This document shows, one piece after another, positions 8,476 to 17,935 of a stretch of 64,000 bases of DNA; position 1 is the stretch's first letter, and the number at the start of each line of letters is the position of its first letter. The notes below the pieces were generated by a model, which saw only the letters and a list, made by a program, of their open reading frames with translations, did no database searches and was not told the DNA's origin. Position numbers and translations under genes: made by a program. Location: NCBI GenBank assembly GCA_965247115.1, contig CBDFGR010000003.1:1952001-2016000 (forward strand), in the 5' to 3' direction. The stretch comes from Myxococcota bacterium (GTDB lineage: Bacteria > Myxococcota_A > UBA9160 > SZUA-336).

Positions 8476-10218
8476 ATGGAGTTGATGGCCACACTTCCGG
8501 AGCTCGGCGAGCAGCACCTGTTGGTCTTCCTGCTTCAGGTGCTGATTCTGCTCGCGCTCGCGCGGGGACTCGGGGAGGTGTGTCGCGCGCTCGGCCATCC
8601 GCGACTGGTCGGAGAGATCCTGGTCGGCATCCTGCTGGGTCCGACCCTGCTCGGACGCGTCGCGCCGGCTCTGCAGCTGGCCCTCTTTCCTGACGACCCC
8701 CTGCAGCACGCGATGCTCGAGACTGTGTCGTGGGTGGGAGTGCTGTTCCTGCTGCTCGAGACCGGCCTCGAGGTCGACGCGTCGGCCGCCTGGCGTCTGC
8801 GCGGGCCGTCGCTGCGCATCGGGATCATTGGAGTCGTCGTACCCCTGTTCCTGGGCTTCACACTCTCGCTGGCGCTCCCCGCTCGCTACTTCCCAGTCGA
8901 AGATCAGCGCGTGGTGTTCGCCCTGTTCCTCGCCACGACCATGGCGATCAGCGCCATCGTGATCGTGACGAGGGTCCTTCGCGAGCTGGATCTGATCAAA
9001 ACCGATCTCGGACTGGTGACACTGTGTGGGTACGCGGTGAACGACGTCCTTGCGTGGGTGATCTTCAGCCTGGTTATCGCCGCGGCTACACACACCGGCG
9101 TGGACGCCGTGTCGATCGCAGGGCTGCTCATCGCCACCGTAGCGTTCACGGGCTTCTGCCTGACCCTTGGCGTGCGCGCCGCCGATCGGGCCATCTCGCT
9201 GCTAGGAGTCCGTCTGCAGCAGCCTGGTGCCGTGCTCACGTTCGTCGCATGCCTGGGTCTCCTGTGCGGTGCGATCACAGCGGGGCTCGGGCTCACCGCA
9301 CTGCTCGGCTTCTTTCTGGCCGGCATCATGGCGGGAGAAGCGCGCGCGCTCTCGGAGCGGGTACGGAACACCCTGACCCAGATGGTCCATGCCATCTTCG
9401 TGCCCCTGTACTTCGCGGCCATCGCCTTGCGGGTCGACTTCTTCGCGAACTTCGACCTCCTGCTCGTCACGTTCGTCACGTTCGTCTCGATCGGTGCCAA
9501 GTTCCTCGGTGCTTGGCTGGGGTCGTTCGGGACAGGGCTGTCACGCGAGGATCAAGTCTCGATCGGTATCGCGTTCACGCCTAGCGGCGTGACCGGGATC
9601 ATCGTTGGGTCTGTCGCACTGGAAGTCGGGATTCTCACCGTGCCGGCGTTCGTGGCGATCGTCTTCTCCGCCGTCGTCTCCTCTCTGGTTGTAGGACCGT
9701 GGCTGACGTGGTCGATCCGTCGCCGTCGCGAGATCAACATCCTCGACTTCTTCGCGCGGCGCGCGGTCTCCGCCGACCTGCAGGGCCAGACGCGCAACGA
9801 GGCGCTCCGTGAGCTCTCCGAACGCCTCGCCGTGGGACGACCGGACCTCGACAGCGAGATCGTGTTCGCAGAGGTGCTGGCTCGCGAGGAGCTCATGGGA
9901 ACCGGGCTCGGCAACGGGATCGCGATCGCGCACGCGCGTTTGCCGACCCTGGCAAGGCCCGTCCTCACCTTCGGGCGCTCGGTGGTCGGCCTCGATTGGG
10001 ATGCCCCGGATGGGCTCCCGGTGCACCACGTCTTCCTCCTGCTCACTCCCGTACGGGACCACGGCCTGCAACTACAGATTCTGGCAGCGCTGGCGCGCGG
10101 CATGGCGCAGGCCGAGCCGCTCGAACGGCTCGGCCGGGCCAGTGGGCCAGACGAGATCTGGGCGGTGCTCGAGGAGGCATTGACGGAGCAGGACCTGTCT
10201 CGCGTGCGAGCCGCGTAG
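8476..10218 (+). CDS. Cation:proton antiporter (CPA2-like) fused to a C-terminal PTS EIIA (Ntr/Fru-type) domain
   Basis: About 12 TM segments with GEILVGILLGP, AVND and FVPLYF. C-terminal REELMGTGLGNGIAIAHAR and WDAPDG.PV. Confidence 0.9.
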   Translation: MELMATLPELGEQHLLVFLLQVLILLALARGLGEVCRALGHPRLVGEILVGILLGPTLLGRVAPALQLALFPDDPLQHAMLETVSWVGVLFLLLETGLEVDASAAWRLRGPSLRIGIIGVVVPLFLGFTLSLALPARYFPVEDQRVVFALFLATTMAISAIVIVTRVLRELDLIKTDLGLVTLCGYAVNDVLAWVIFSLVIAAATHTGVDAVSIAGLLIATVAFTGFCLTLGVRAADRAISLLGVRLQQPGAVLTFVACLGLLCGAITAGLGLTALLGFFLAGIMAGEARALSERVRNTLTQMVHAIFVPLYFAAIALRVDFFANFDLLLVTFVTFVSIGAKFLGAWLGSFGTGLSREDQVSIGIAFTPSGVTGIIVGSVALEVGILTVPAFVAIVFSAVVSSLVVGPWLTWSIRRRREINILDFFARRAVSADLQGQTRNEALRELSERLAVGRPDLDSEIVFAEVLAREELMGTGLGNGIAIAHARLPTLARPVLTFGRSVVGLDWDAPDGLPVHHVFLLLTPVRDHGLQLQILAALARGMAQAEPLERLGRASGPDEIWAVLEEALTEQDLSRVRAA

Positions 10219-10266
10219 TCGGCAGCCCGCTTCTCGCCTTGTGGTAGGTTTGCCGAGGAGATCGAT

Positions 10267-10585
10267 ATGTCGGTCAAGCTCTTTCGCGTCATCCTCCCGG
10301 TCTCGAGCGTCGACGAGGCAGCTCGCTTCTACGAGCGAGTCCTCGCCATAGGCGGCAGGCGCGTCTCGCCCGGGCGGCACTACTTCGACTGCGAGGGAAC
10401 CATCCTCGCATGCTTCGACCCTCGGTCGGACCATGATCCCTGGGATGCCAGTCCCAACCCCGACCACGTCTACTTCGCTGTCGACGACCTCGAAGCGGCC
10501 CTGGGGCGAACGCTCCTTCTACGCGCAGGACCCGTTCGGCAACAAGATCTGCTTCGTCGACCGCGAGACGATGTTCACAGGCTAG
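10267..10585 (+). pseudogene. VOC/glyoxalase family gene with an internal frameshifting deletion
   Basis: One frame reads MSVKLFRVILPV...HVYFAVDDLEAA. A shifted frame continues KRPWGERSFYAQDPFGNKICFVDRETMFTG* (TAG 10583-10585). The segment expected between them is missing. Confidence 0.8.
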
Positions 10586-12075
10586 CGAGGCGCTGCCGCG
10601 AACATCTCCCGGTAGTGGCGATACCACTCGCTCTGGAAGCGCTCCTCGGGATCGTAGCTGTGCTTGAGGCGCAGAAACTCCGGCAGCTCGGGGTAGCAGG
10701 CGATCACCTGGTCGCGGCGGGCCCAGCGGTGGTAGGTCAGGAAGTAGCTGCCGCCGAACGCGATCCCGCGATCGATCAGGCGCAGGAAGTCCATCTGGGT
10801 CTTGCGAAGCGCGCTCCCGTCGGTCTGCGTGTGCAGGTTGAAGATCACGCAGGCCCAGCCCTGCTTCGCCCACGGAAGGAATGTGTCCCGGTCGGGCTCG
10901 ATGAGCCGGATGGTCCCGTAGATGAGGTTCACGTCGTGCTCGAGGAAGTCGGCGCGAACCGCTTCGAGGAAGGGGAAGATGGCGTCCCGCGGCACGTAGA
11001 TCTCGGTGATCATCTCGGCGCCCGTCGAGAGGTCGCCGAGCCGCGCAGCGAGCGCTGCGTGGTAGTCGTCGATGTAGGTCGAGAGCTGGTGGGTATCCGA
11101 CCAGTAGATCTGGCCGGAGGTCGAGAGGTAATAGGACGAGTACTCCTGGAAGGCGCGGGCGCGGTCGACGTGCCCGAGGCTGATCAGGTCCAGCCAGTCC
11201 TGTTCCGAGAGCTGACTGTGGCGCTCGGGTACGGGCGTGTCGTCTGGGGACGGCCGGTAGCACGAGAAGACGCCCTGGCGCAGCAGGCTCTCGCCGCCGA
11301 GGTCGGTGGAGTACTGGCAGTCGCCGAACAGGAAGCCCGCCTGGATGCGCTCCTCAAAGCGTCTGGCGAGGTCGGCCGTATCGACGATCTCGACCACACG
11401 CTCGATCTTGCGGCGCGGTGCCAGGCGCAGGCGCACACTCGCGATCGGACCGAACAGGCCGTAGCCGCCGATCGCGAGCGAGAAGAGCTCGGGGTTCTCA
11501 TGGCGGCTACAGCGACGGAGCTCGCCCTGGGCGTCCACCAGGCTGAAGGCTTCGACGTCCGCCACCAGCGGCGCGTAGCGCAGACCGCGGCCGTGCGCGT
11601 TCGCCGCCAGCGCTCCGCCCAGACACAGTCGGTCCGCGCCGGTCTGCTTCTGGATGATGCCCCAGGACCGGGTGGAGCCTGCCTGGACCCGTACCAGGTG
11701 ATCGATCAGCTCCGGCCACTGGATCCCGGCGCCCGTCTCGATCTGTCCCCGCTCCACGTCGAACTCGCTCACAGCGTCGAGACCGGTGGTGTCGAGCAGG
11801 ACCGTTTCGGTGCCAAACTGCTGTCCACCCATCGCGTGCCGGCCCCCTGCGATGCTGACGGGAGCGCCCTCGCGACGAGCGTCCCGAACCACGTCCTGGA
11901 GCTCCTCGACCGACCCAGGTCGCACGACACGTCTCACATGCGTGCGATTGAGGCGCGAGTGGATGTCGTTCACCCACGTTCCGTCCGACTCGCCTCTCGC
12001 ACACGCCGCCGGGAGCAGGGCGACCGCGGCGCCCGCCCTGGCACCCCGCTCCAATAGCTCGCGTCGCGTCAGCAT
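10582..12075 (-). CDS. FAD-binding oxidoreductase (FAD_binding_4; DprE1/aldonolactone oxidase-like), Tat/lipoprotein leader
   Basis: MLTRRELL...LLPAAC leader, GGRHAMGGQ, LGGALAANAHG and FSLAIGGYGLFG. GGGAGGAGG RBS. Confidence 0.88.
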   Translation of the reverse strand: MLTRRELLERGARAGAAVALLPAACARGESDGTWVNDIHSRLNRTHVRRVVRPGSVEELQDVVRDARREGAPVSIAGGRHAMGGQQFGTETVLLDTTGLDAVSEFDVERGQIETGAGIQWPELIDHLVRVQAGSTRSWGIIQKQTGADRLCLGGALAANAHGRGLRYAPLVADVEAFSLVDAQGELRRCSRHENPELFSLAIGGYGLFGPIASVRLRLAPRRKIERVVEIVDTADLARRFEERIQAGFLFGDCQYSTDLGGESLLRQGVFSCYRPSPDDTPVPERHSQLSEQDWLDLISLGHVDRARAFQEYSSYYLSTSGQIYWSDTHQLSTYIDDYHAALAARLGDLSTGAEMITEIYVPRDAIFPFLEAVRADFLEHDVNLIYGTIRLIEPDRDTFLPWAKQGWACVIFNLHTQTDGSALRKTQMDFLRLIDRGIAFGGSYFLTYHRWARRDQVIACYPELPEFLRLKHSYDPEERFQSEWYRHYREMFAAAPR

Positions 12076-12091
12076 GAGTCCTCCCTCCCGG

Positions 12092-12544
12092 TCACCCGGC
12101 CTGCGGCCGCCCGTGCGCGTGATAGCGCCCATACGCAAACAGATAGGCGGCCAGAACCCAGTGGAAGAAGATCGGGATCGTTCCCCCGAACCAACGCCGT
12201 TCCGGGTAGAGCGTCATCACGACGACGTAGCGGATGAGCATCACCGCGAAGTAGAGGACGCTCAACCAGCGGAGCCACACCCCCATGCGTGGACGCAGGG
12301 TCGCGAACCGCCCCCTGCCGCGCCAGAGGTCGCGCGAGATTCCCCACTGCACGCCGAGGATCGCCATTTGGGTCGGGAGCAGGATCGGATAGGGGATCAG
12401 GCCCGAGTACCACTCTTTGTTCGGGGGCAGGAACGTGGGCTCGAAGAGCACGACGATTAGCTGGCCGAGCACTCTCAGCAAGAACGCAGAGGCGAGTCCG
12501 GCGAGGAAAAGCGCATAGGATCGCCGCGGGGAGCCGACCGTCAC
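12092..12544 (-). CDS. Hypothetical 4-TM membrane protein
   Basis: Four hydrophobic segments, WYSGLIPYPILL and IPIFFHWVLA. GTG start inferred. Confidence 0.7.
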   Translation of the reverse strand: MTVGSPRRSYALFLAGLASAFLLRVLGQLIVVLFEPTFLPPNKEWYSGLIPYPILLPTQMAILGVQWGISRDLWRGRGRFATLRPRMGVWLRWLSVLYFAVMLIRYVVVMTLYPERRWFGGTIPIFFHWVLAAYLFAYGRYHAHGRPQAG

Positions 12545-12602
12545 GCTCTTGACTCTCGCACTTCGTTGACGCGCGGGAAACAGCGTGCGGTAATGCCCGC
12601 CC

Positions 12603-13496
12603 ATGTCGGTCATCGAGCAGCTGGGCTTCGGACCTGAGGAGCGGGTGGTGGTCGTCCATGTCGACGATATCGGTCTGTGCCGGGCTGCCAACGATGGCGC
12701 TCTGCTGGCGCTCGCCGGGGCCGCAACGTGCGGGAGCATCATGGTCCCTTGCCCGGGCTTCGAGGAGGTCTCGGAGATCGCACGCGAGCGTCCCGAGCTT
12801 GACCTGGGCGTGCACCTGACCCTCAATGCGGAGTACGAGAGCTATCGCTGGGCTCCGCTGCGTGACGACGTCCCAGGCCTGGTCTCGCCGGACGGGGGAA
12901 TGTGGCGCACGCTCCAGGAGACGACGGAGCACGCCACGCCCGAGGAAGTCGAACGCGAGCTCCGCGCGCAGATCGAGCGTGCGCTCGAGGCCGGCATCGA
13001 CGTGTCCCACCTGGACAGCCACATGGGAACCGTCATCCATCCGAAGTTCGTCGACGTCTACGTGAGGCTCGCGCGCGACTTCGAGCTCCCCGTCTTCATC
13101 CCGCGCATTGGTCGAGCAGCGCTGGAACGGATCGCCAGTCCGGAGCACGTACGGCTCTACCAGGACCTTCTACAAGAAGTGGAGCGCCAGGGCCTCCCCC
13201 TCTTCGACTCGTTCTGCGCGAATTCGCTCTCCTTCGAGCCGGGCACGGGACACGAGCACAACCGGAAGCGTCTGGAGACCCTCGACTCGGGCCTGAGCTA
13301 CCTGATCACGCACTGCGCGGTCGGCAACGACGAGCTACAGCAAATCACGCCTGACTGGCGACAGCGCGACGAGGAGCACCTCATCTACTCCGACGGCACG
13401 ATGGCGACGGAGCTCGAGGACAGTCAGATCCGCACGATTGGCATGCGTGCGTTGCGTGAGCTCATGCGAGCAGTCAAGCCCGCGGCTCGCAGATGA
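12603..13496 (+). CDS. YdjC/ChbG-family carbohydrate deacetylase
   Basis: HVDDIG, GVHLTL, ELRAQIE and HLDSHMG motifs. Confidence 0.9.
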   Translation: MSVIEQLGFGPEERVVVVHVDDIGLCRAANDGALLALAGAATCGSIMVPCPGFEEVSEIARERPELDLGVHLTLNAEYESYRWAPLRDDVPGLVSPDGGMWRTLQETTEHATPEEVERELRAQIERALEAGIDVSHLDSHMGTVIHPKFVDVYVRLARDFELPVFIPRIGRAALERIASPEHVRLYQDLLQEVERQGLPLFDSFCANSLSFEPGTGHEHNRKRLETLDSGLSYLITHCAVGNDELQQITPDWRQRDEEHLIYSDGTMATELEDSQIRTIGMRALRELMRAVKPAARR

Positions 13497-13926
13497 ACAC
13501 GGGAATGTCGCGCTCGGTGCGATCCTGATAGGTCTGGAAGTCCGGATAGGACTCCACGCAGCGCGGCCAGACCTCGGCCTTCTCTTCTGCGCGCGCCTGC
13601 CGAGCTCGGAGTGAGAGCTTCTCCGCACCTACCTGCACCTCGATGTCCGGATTCGCGACCAGGTTGTGGTACCAGACCGGGTGCGACGGGGCGCCGCCGA
13701 GCGATGCCACCAGGATCACCCCATCGCGATACGGCACGTGCATGAGAGGACGCGTAAGCGTACGACCGGACCTGGCGCCCCGCATGGTGACCAGGCAGAT
13801 GTCCCTCCCGCCGAGCCTTCCCATGATGCGCCCGCCAGACATGCGGTACAGAGCCACGTTGAGCCCGGAGAACAGCCGGATGAAGTTCTTTCCTGGCTGA
13901 CGCTCTCGAACCCCTTTCTCGCTCAT
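13474..13926 (-). CDS. Deazaflavin (F420H2)-dependent nitroreductase family protein (Ddn-like)
   Basis: LYRMSGGR, GARSG..RPL, VASLGGAPSHPVWYHNLVANP and YQDRTERDIPV motifs. Confidence 0.92.
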   Translation of the reverse strand: MSEKGVRERQPGKNFIRLFSGLNVALYRMSGGRIMGRLGGRDICLVTMRGARSGRTLTRPLMHVPYRDGVILVASLGGAPSHPVWYHNLVANPDIEVQVGAEKLSLRARQARAEEKAEVWPRCVESYPDFQTYQDRTERDIPVFICEPRA

Positions 13927-14066
13927 GTGACCTGCATCTCCCTAGTATACAGCCGCGCCAGGAGAGTCCTCAGCTTCCGGTCCTGTTGTGCCGATGAGTG
14001 GACAGGGCTCGGTTTCCGTGGCCTGTCTCGCCACAAGCCAGGGCCCCCAAGGGGTGCGGGGAAGTG

Positions 14067-14570
14067 ATGCCGGCAAGAGCGGGCCTGATCGGCGCGGGGG
14101 TCTGTCTGGTGTGCCTGATTGCCGGGCTGACGTTCGTCCTCTCCACCCGTGAGAGACGCTGCATGCCGCTGGATCTCGAGTTCGAGATTACGGCGAAAGA
14201 GAGCCCCAAGAGGAGCCGCCCATGGGACGTGGGTGGCAAGTCGTACTGGCCGCCAGACCCGATGGGACACGTGACTGTAGTTACGGACGGGAAGCGCTAC
14301 GTCGAGAGCATCGCGCAGCGGAAAAACACGTATGCGTTCCGCGGTCGCTTCTACGCAAAGCGGGGCGTGCCGTTGGTTCGAGGCAGCAAGATCGTGGTCG
14401 AGCTCCTCGACAAGGACCTGGGCAGTGCGGAAAGCATCGGGAAGATCTCTTATCAGGTTACGAGCTCCCGTGGGGGAAGCGCCACCTCGAGCAACGGAGC
14501 CGTTAAGATGGCCTACACGTGTCAATCCGACGGGAAGCTCTTCGGGCTCTTCTCCAAGAAGGGGCGCTGA
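14067..14570 (+). CDS. Membrane-anchored hypothetical protein with a C2-like domain
   Basis: N-terminal TM helix, then WDV..PDP and VELLDKDL...IG, resembling C2-domain loops. Confidence 0.55.
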   Translation: MPARAGLIGAGVCLVCLIAGLTFVLSTRERRCMPLDLEFEITAKESPKRSRPWDVGGKSYWPPDPMGHVTVVTDGKRYVESIAQRKNTYAFRGRFYAKRGVPLVRGSKIVVELLDKDLGSAESIGKISYQVTSSRGGSATSSNGAVKMAYTCQSDGKLFGLFSKKGR

Positions 14571-14606
14571 GCTCCAGCCGCCAGTCCTCCGGAGCCGGTC
14601 CCCCGC

Positions 14607-14812
14607 TCACGGGCCAGCGCACCGAAAGCTCCGCTCGTCGTCGACGTCGCCCCGGCCGCTGTACTCCGCGTAACTCGGGTGGGGGCAGAGGGGGCGCGTG
14701 AACCTGCGCGGCTGCTCGACGCGCTCGTCCGGCAGCAGGTGGAACATGGGCGTCGGCCCGGGGTGGCTCGCCACGATCCGATCCGGGGCGTCGCCCTCCT
14801 CGCGCCAGGCGT
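14607..14812 (-). pseudogene. C-terminal remnant of a tannase/feruloyl esterase family gene
   Basis: AWREEGDAPDRIVAS...TRPLCPHPSYAEYSGRGDVDDERSFRC matches the family C-terminus W.E.G.AP..I.A...TRPLCPYP..A.Y.G.GD..D..SF.C. No N-terminal part is present. Confidence 0.75.
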
Positions 14813-14857
14813 ATCTTGCAGACCCGTCGGATCTCGAGCCTCGGCGCCCGCAGCCCC

Positions 14858-15775
14858 CTATGCTGCTTCTCCGTTGCCGGGGGGCATCGCCAGCTTGTCG
14901 TATACGAGCTTTGCAGCCGCGATGTCCTCGCAGGCGATGCCGACCGAGTCGAAGACGACCGTGGCCTCCGGCCCCACCGGTCGGCTGCCGTCGAGGACCT
15001 CGCCGAGCTCCGCATAGATCTCGGCGTTGAATCGGCACACGTTGCCAGATTCTGCCAGGGCCCCCTCGCGCGAGTCGACGATGACGATATGAGACATCGT
15101 TGTGGCATCGACCTCGCAGCCGTCTGCGCCTGCGAGACCGACGCTTGCGACTTTTGCGCCAGGGCTCAGCCACTTCCCTTGCAGCACTGGTTCGCTGGAG
15201 TGCGTCGCCACGACTACCACGTCCGCACCGCGCACCGCATCCTCACACGACACTACCTTCGCACCTACGGCCTCGGCGAGCTGCTCGGCTCGCGCCCGCG
15301 AACGATTCCAGATGCGGATCTCCTCGAAGTTCCGAACGTACGCCAGAGCCTCAATGTGACTCCTTCCCTGCGTGCCGGCTCCCAGAATTGCCAGGGTCTT
15401 CACATCGGGCGCGGCAACAGCCTCGACGTAGCTCGCGGTCACGGCCGCGGTCCGCATCTCGGTGATCAACCGTCCGTCCATCGTCACGAGGGGTTCGCCG
15501 GTCTCAGGGCGAAACAGGACGATCACACCATTGTGAGTATGCAGGTTCCTCTTCGTATTTCCCGGATAGATGGTGACGAGCTTGGCACCCGCGGCATTCG
15601 TACTGACTGCCGGCATGCTCATGAAGAGACCGCCGTGTGACCGAACCTCGAGAGTGCGCCTTAGCGGCTGCGTGATGCGCCCCTGCGAGTAATCGATCAT
15701 GGTCTGGCGCATCAGAGGGATCAGCTCCTCCATGCGAAGTACGCTGGCCACCGCCGCTTCATCGATGTAGCGCAT
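14858..15775 (-). CDS. Ornithine cyclodeaminase / mu-crystallin (ketimine reductase) family protein
   Basis: GAKLVTIYPGN, ITEMRTAAV, GAGTQG and FDSVGIACEDIAAA motifs. Confidence 0.92.
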   Translation of the reverse strand: MRYIDEAAVASVLRMEELIPLMRQTMIDYSQGRITQPLRRTLEVRSHGGLFMSMPAVSTNAAGAKLVTIYPGNTKRNLHTHNGVIVLFRPETGEPLVTMDGRLITEMRTAAVTASYVEAVAAPDVKTLAILGAGTQGRSHIEALAYVRNFEEIRIWNRSRARAEQLAEAVGAKVVSCEDAVRGADVVVVATHSSEPVLQGKWLSPGAKVASVGLAGADGCEVDATTMSHIVIVDSREGALAESGNVCRFNAEIYAELGEVLDGSRPVGPEATVVFDSVGIACEDIAAAKLVYDKLAMPPGNGEAA

Positions 15776-15968
15776 CTGAACCTCTAGTCGGCGCTGCGCT
15801 CGGACGGCATCGAATGGGAAGAGGCGTTGCCATGAGAAAAGAGTCTAGCGCTTGCGAGGGTGAAACCGGTACTTGACTACGTGTATCTCAGCAGGCGACG
15901 ATCATACGGGCGCGTGTACAATCCGGGGTCTCCAGACCCATCACCCACCGACGGAGGAGGGCAAGGTC

Positions 15969-16388
15969 GTGACAACAGTCAAGGTAGTGGAGAAGGTACC
16001 AGCGTCAGCCGCTGATGTGTGGGCGTTACTCGGCGATTTCGGCGGCATCAAGATCTCCGGCATGATCAAGTCGTTCGAGGTCGAAGGGGAGGGCGTCGGA
16101 GCGGTTCGGACCATCGGCCTGGGCGACGGGACCGTGGTGGAGCGGCTGGACCGCTACGATACCAGGCAGCGCATCCTCACCTACTCGATCACGAACGATG
16201 ATTGCCCTCTGCCCGTGAGCAGCTACTCGGCCACGATCAAGATCGCAGACGACGGCGACGGGTCGTGCACGGTCGACTGGACAGGCACCTTCGAGCCTAA
16301 GGGCGTTCCGGAAGAGCAGGCGTCCGCCGTCGTGGAAGGTATCTACACCGGCGGCATCAAGGGCGCCCGCAAGCAACTGAGCGTCTGA
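15969..16388 (+). CDS. SRPBCC (polyketide cyclase-like) family protein
   Basis: ASAADVWALLGDFG, GVGAVRT, VERL and VDWTGTF motifs. GGAGGAGG RBS. Confidence 0.88.
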   Translation: MTTVKVVEKVPASAADVWALLGDFGGIKISGMIKSFEVEGEGVGAVRTIGLGDGTVVERLDRYDTRQRILTYSITNDDCPLPVSSYSATIKIADDGDGSCTVDWTGTFEPKGVPEEQASAVVEGIYTGGIKGARKQLSV

Positions 16389-16427
16389 ACACCTCATTCT
16401 GGTGGGATCCTCGACCTAGGGAGGCAC

Positions 16428-17819
16428 ATGGACCTTATCCTGCGCAACGGAACCGTGGTGACGGCGACGGATACGGTTCAGGCCGACGTCGGTATCGAAG
16501 GTGGAGTCGTGAAGCAGATCGGTCGGGCCCTCGCCGGTCCTGCCGCTCGCGAGATCGACGTCGCTGGCCGCTACCTCTTCCCAGGCGGTGTCGACGTGCA
16601 CACGCACGCGGAGTGCCAGCTCATCGGAGCGCAGACGATCGACGACTTCTACTCGTCGACGGTTCAGGCGGCCTACGGGGGCGTGACGACGATCGTGGAC
16701 TATGCCCTGGGCGCACCCAATCAGACGCTTCTTCAGTCCCTCGAGCAGTGGAACGCCATGGCTCGCAACAAGACCATCATCGACTACGGGCTCCACTCGG
16801 TGCTGTTCAAAACGCACGAGCGTACCGTCGCCGAGATGGCCGAGGTCGTTGCCGAGGGCTACACGAGCTTCAAGATCTTCACCACCGGTCGCTTCGACGC
16901 CCAGGTCGAGCGCTTCTATGCTGCGATCGCCGAGGCCGGACGCCTCGGCGCTCTCGTCAACATTCACTGCGAGGATCAGGCCTGCATCACGCACAAGATG
17001 CTGGAACTCGATCGCGACGGACATGCGGGCGATGTTCGCTACTACCCCGATTCGCGTACTCGGAGCTCCGAGGAAGTTGCCGTGCAGCGCGCGATCCAGC
17101 TGGCACGAGCTGCAGACGCGCCGATCTACCTGGTCCACCTCTCGTGCGAAGAGAGTCTCGCGGCCATCAACGACGCGCGCGGACACGGTCAGACCGTCTA
17201 CGGCGAGACCCGCCCGATCTATCTGCACCTGTCTCGGGAGCGCTATGAGGAGAAGGCCGACGCGGAGCGCTACTTCTGCTGGCCGCCGCTGCGTGAGGCG
17301 AACCAGATGGACGTGCTGTGGCAGGCCCTCGACTCGAACGTGCTGCAGACGGTAGCGACGGATCACATCGGCTGGACACTGGAGCAGAAGAAGTCACGCC
17401 CGAAGCTGGACGAGGCGATTCCAGGCATGGCCAACCTCGAGACGTTGCTGCCCATGCTCTACTCCGAGGGTGTCGGGAAGGGGCGGCTCTCCCTCAACCG
17501 CTTCGTGGAGGTGAGCGCCACGAACCCAGCCAAGCTGTTCGGGCTGTACCCCAAGAAAGGAACGATCGCGGTCGGCTCAGATGCCGACATCGTGGTGTTC
17601 GATCCGGACAAGGAAGAGACGATCCGGGCGGAGAGCATGCACTCGAACCAGGACTGGGAGCTCCACGAGGGCTTCCGGGTCAAGGGCTGGCCCGAGCTGA
17701 CGATCTCGCGTGGCGAGGTCATCGTCGAGCGGGGCAAGCTCCTCGCAGAGGCGGGCCGCGGCCAGCTGGTCAAGCGCAAGCGCTTCTCCGAGATCCAGAA
17801 CATCGAGAACGTGAGGTGA
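16428..17819 (+). CDS. hydA: Dihydropyrimidinase / D-hydantoinase
   Basis: PGGVDVHTH, GGVTT, SFKIF (carbamylated Lys), HCED, VHLS, ATDH, TNPAKLFGLYPKKG and GSDADIV motifs. Confidence 0.9.
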   Translation: MDLILRNGTVVTATDTVQADVGIEGGVVKQIGRALAGPAAREIDVAGRYLFPGGVDVHTHAECQLIGAQTIDDFYSSTVQAAYGGVTTIVDYALGAPNQTLLQSLEQWNAMARNKTIIDYGLHSVLFKTHERTVAEMAEVVAEGYTSFKIFTTGRFDAQVERFYAAIAEAGRLGALVNIHCEDQACITHKMLELDRDGHAGDVRYYPDSRTRSSEEVAVQRAIQLARAADAPIYLVHLSCEESLAAINDARGHGQTVYGETRPIYLHLSRERYEEKADAERYFCWPPLREANQMDVLWQALDSNVLQTVATDHIGWTLEQKKSRPKLDEAIPGMANLETLLPMLYSEGVGKGRLSLNRFVEVSATNPAKLFGLYPKKGTIAVGSDADIVVFDPDKEETIRAESMHSNQDWELHEGFRVKGWPELTISRGEVIVERGKLLAEAGRGQLVKRKRFSEIQNIENVR

Positions 17820-17935
17820 CGGAAGACCGAGGCCCGCTCCCCTGCGAGGCTCTCGGTTAGCGGCCGAGGTACGGCTCGGGAAGGGCTCCGTTCGCGTAGA
17901 GAAGTTCTCGCACCACCGGGACCGACGTGTGCGGA

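Noticed and set aside
10267..12057. 596-aa plus-strand ORF
   Set aside because: Only the first ~80 aa are VOC-like. The rest is frameshift read-through antisense to the FAD oxidoreductase.
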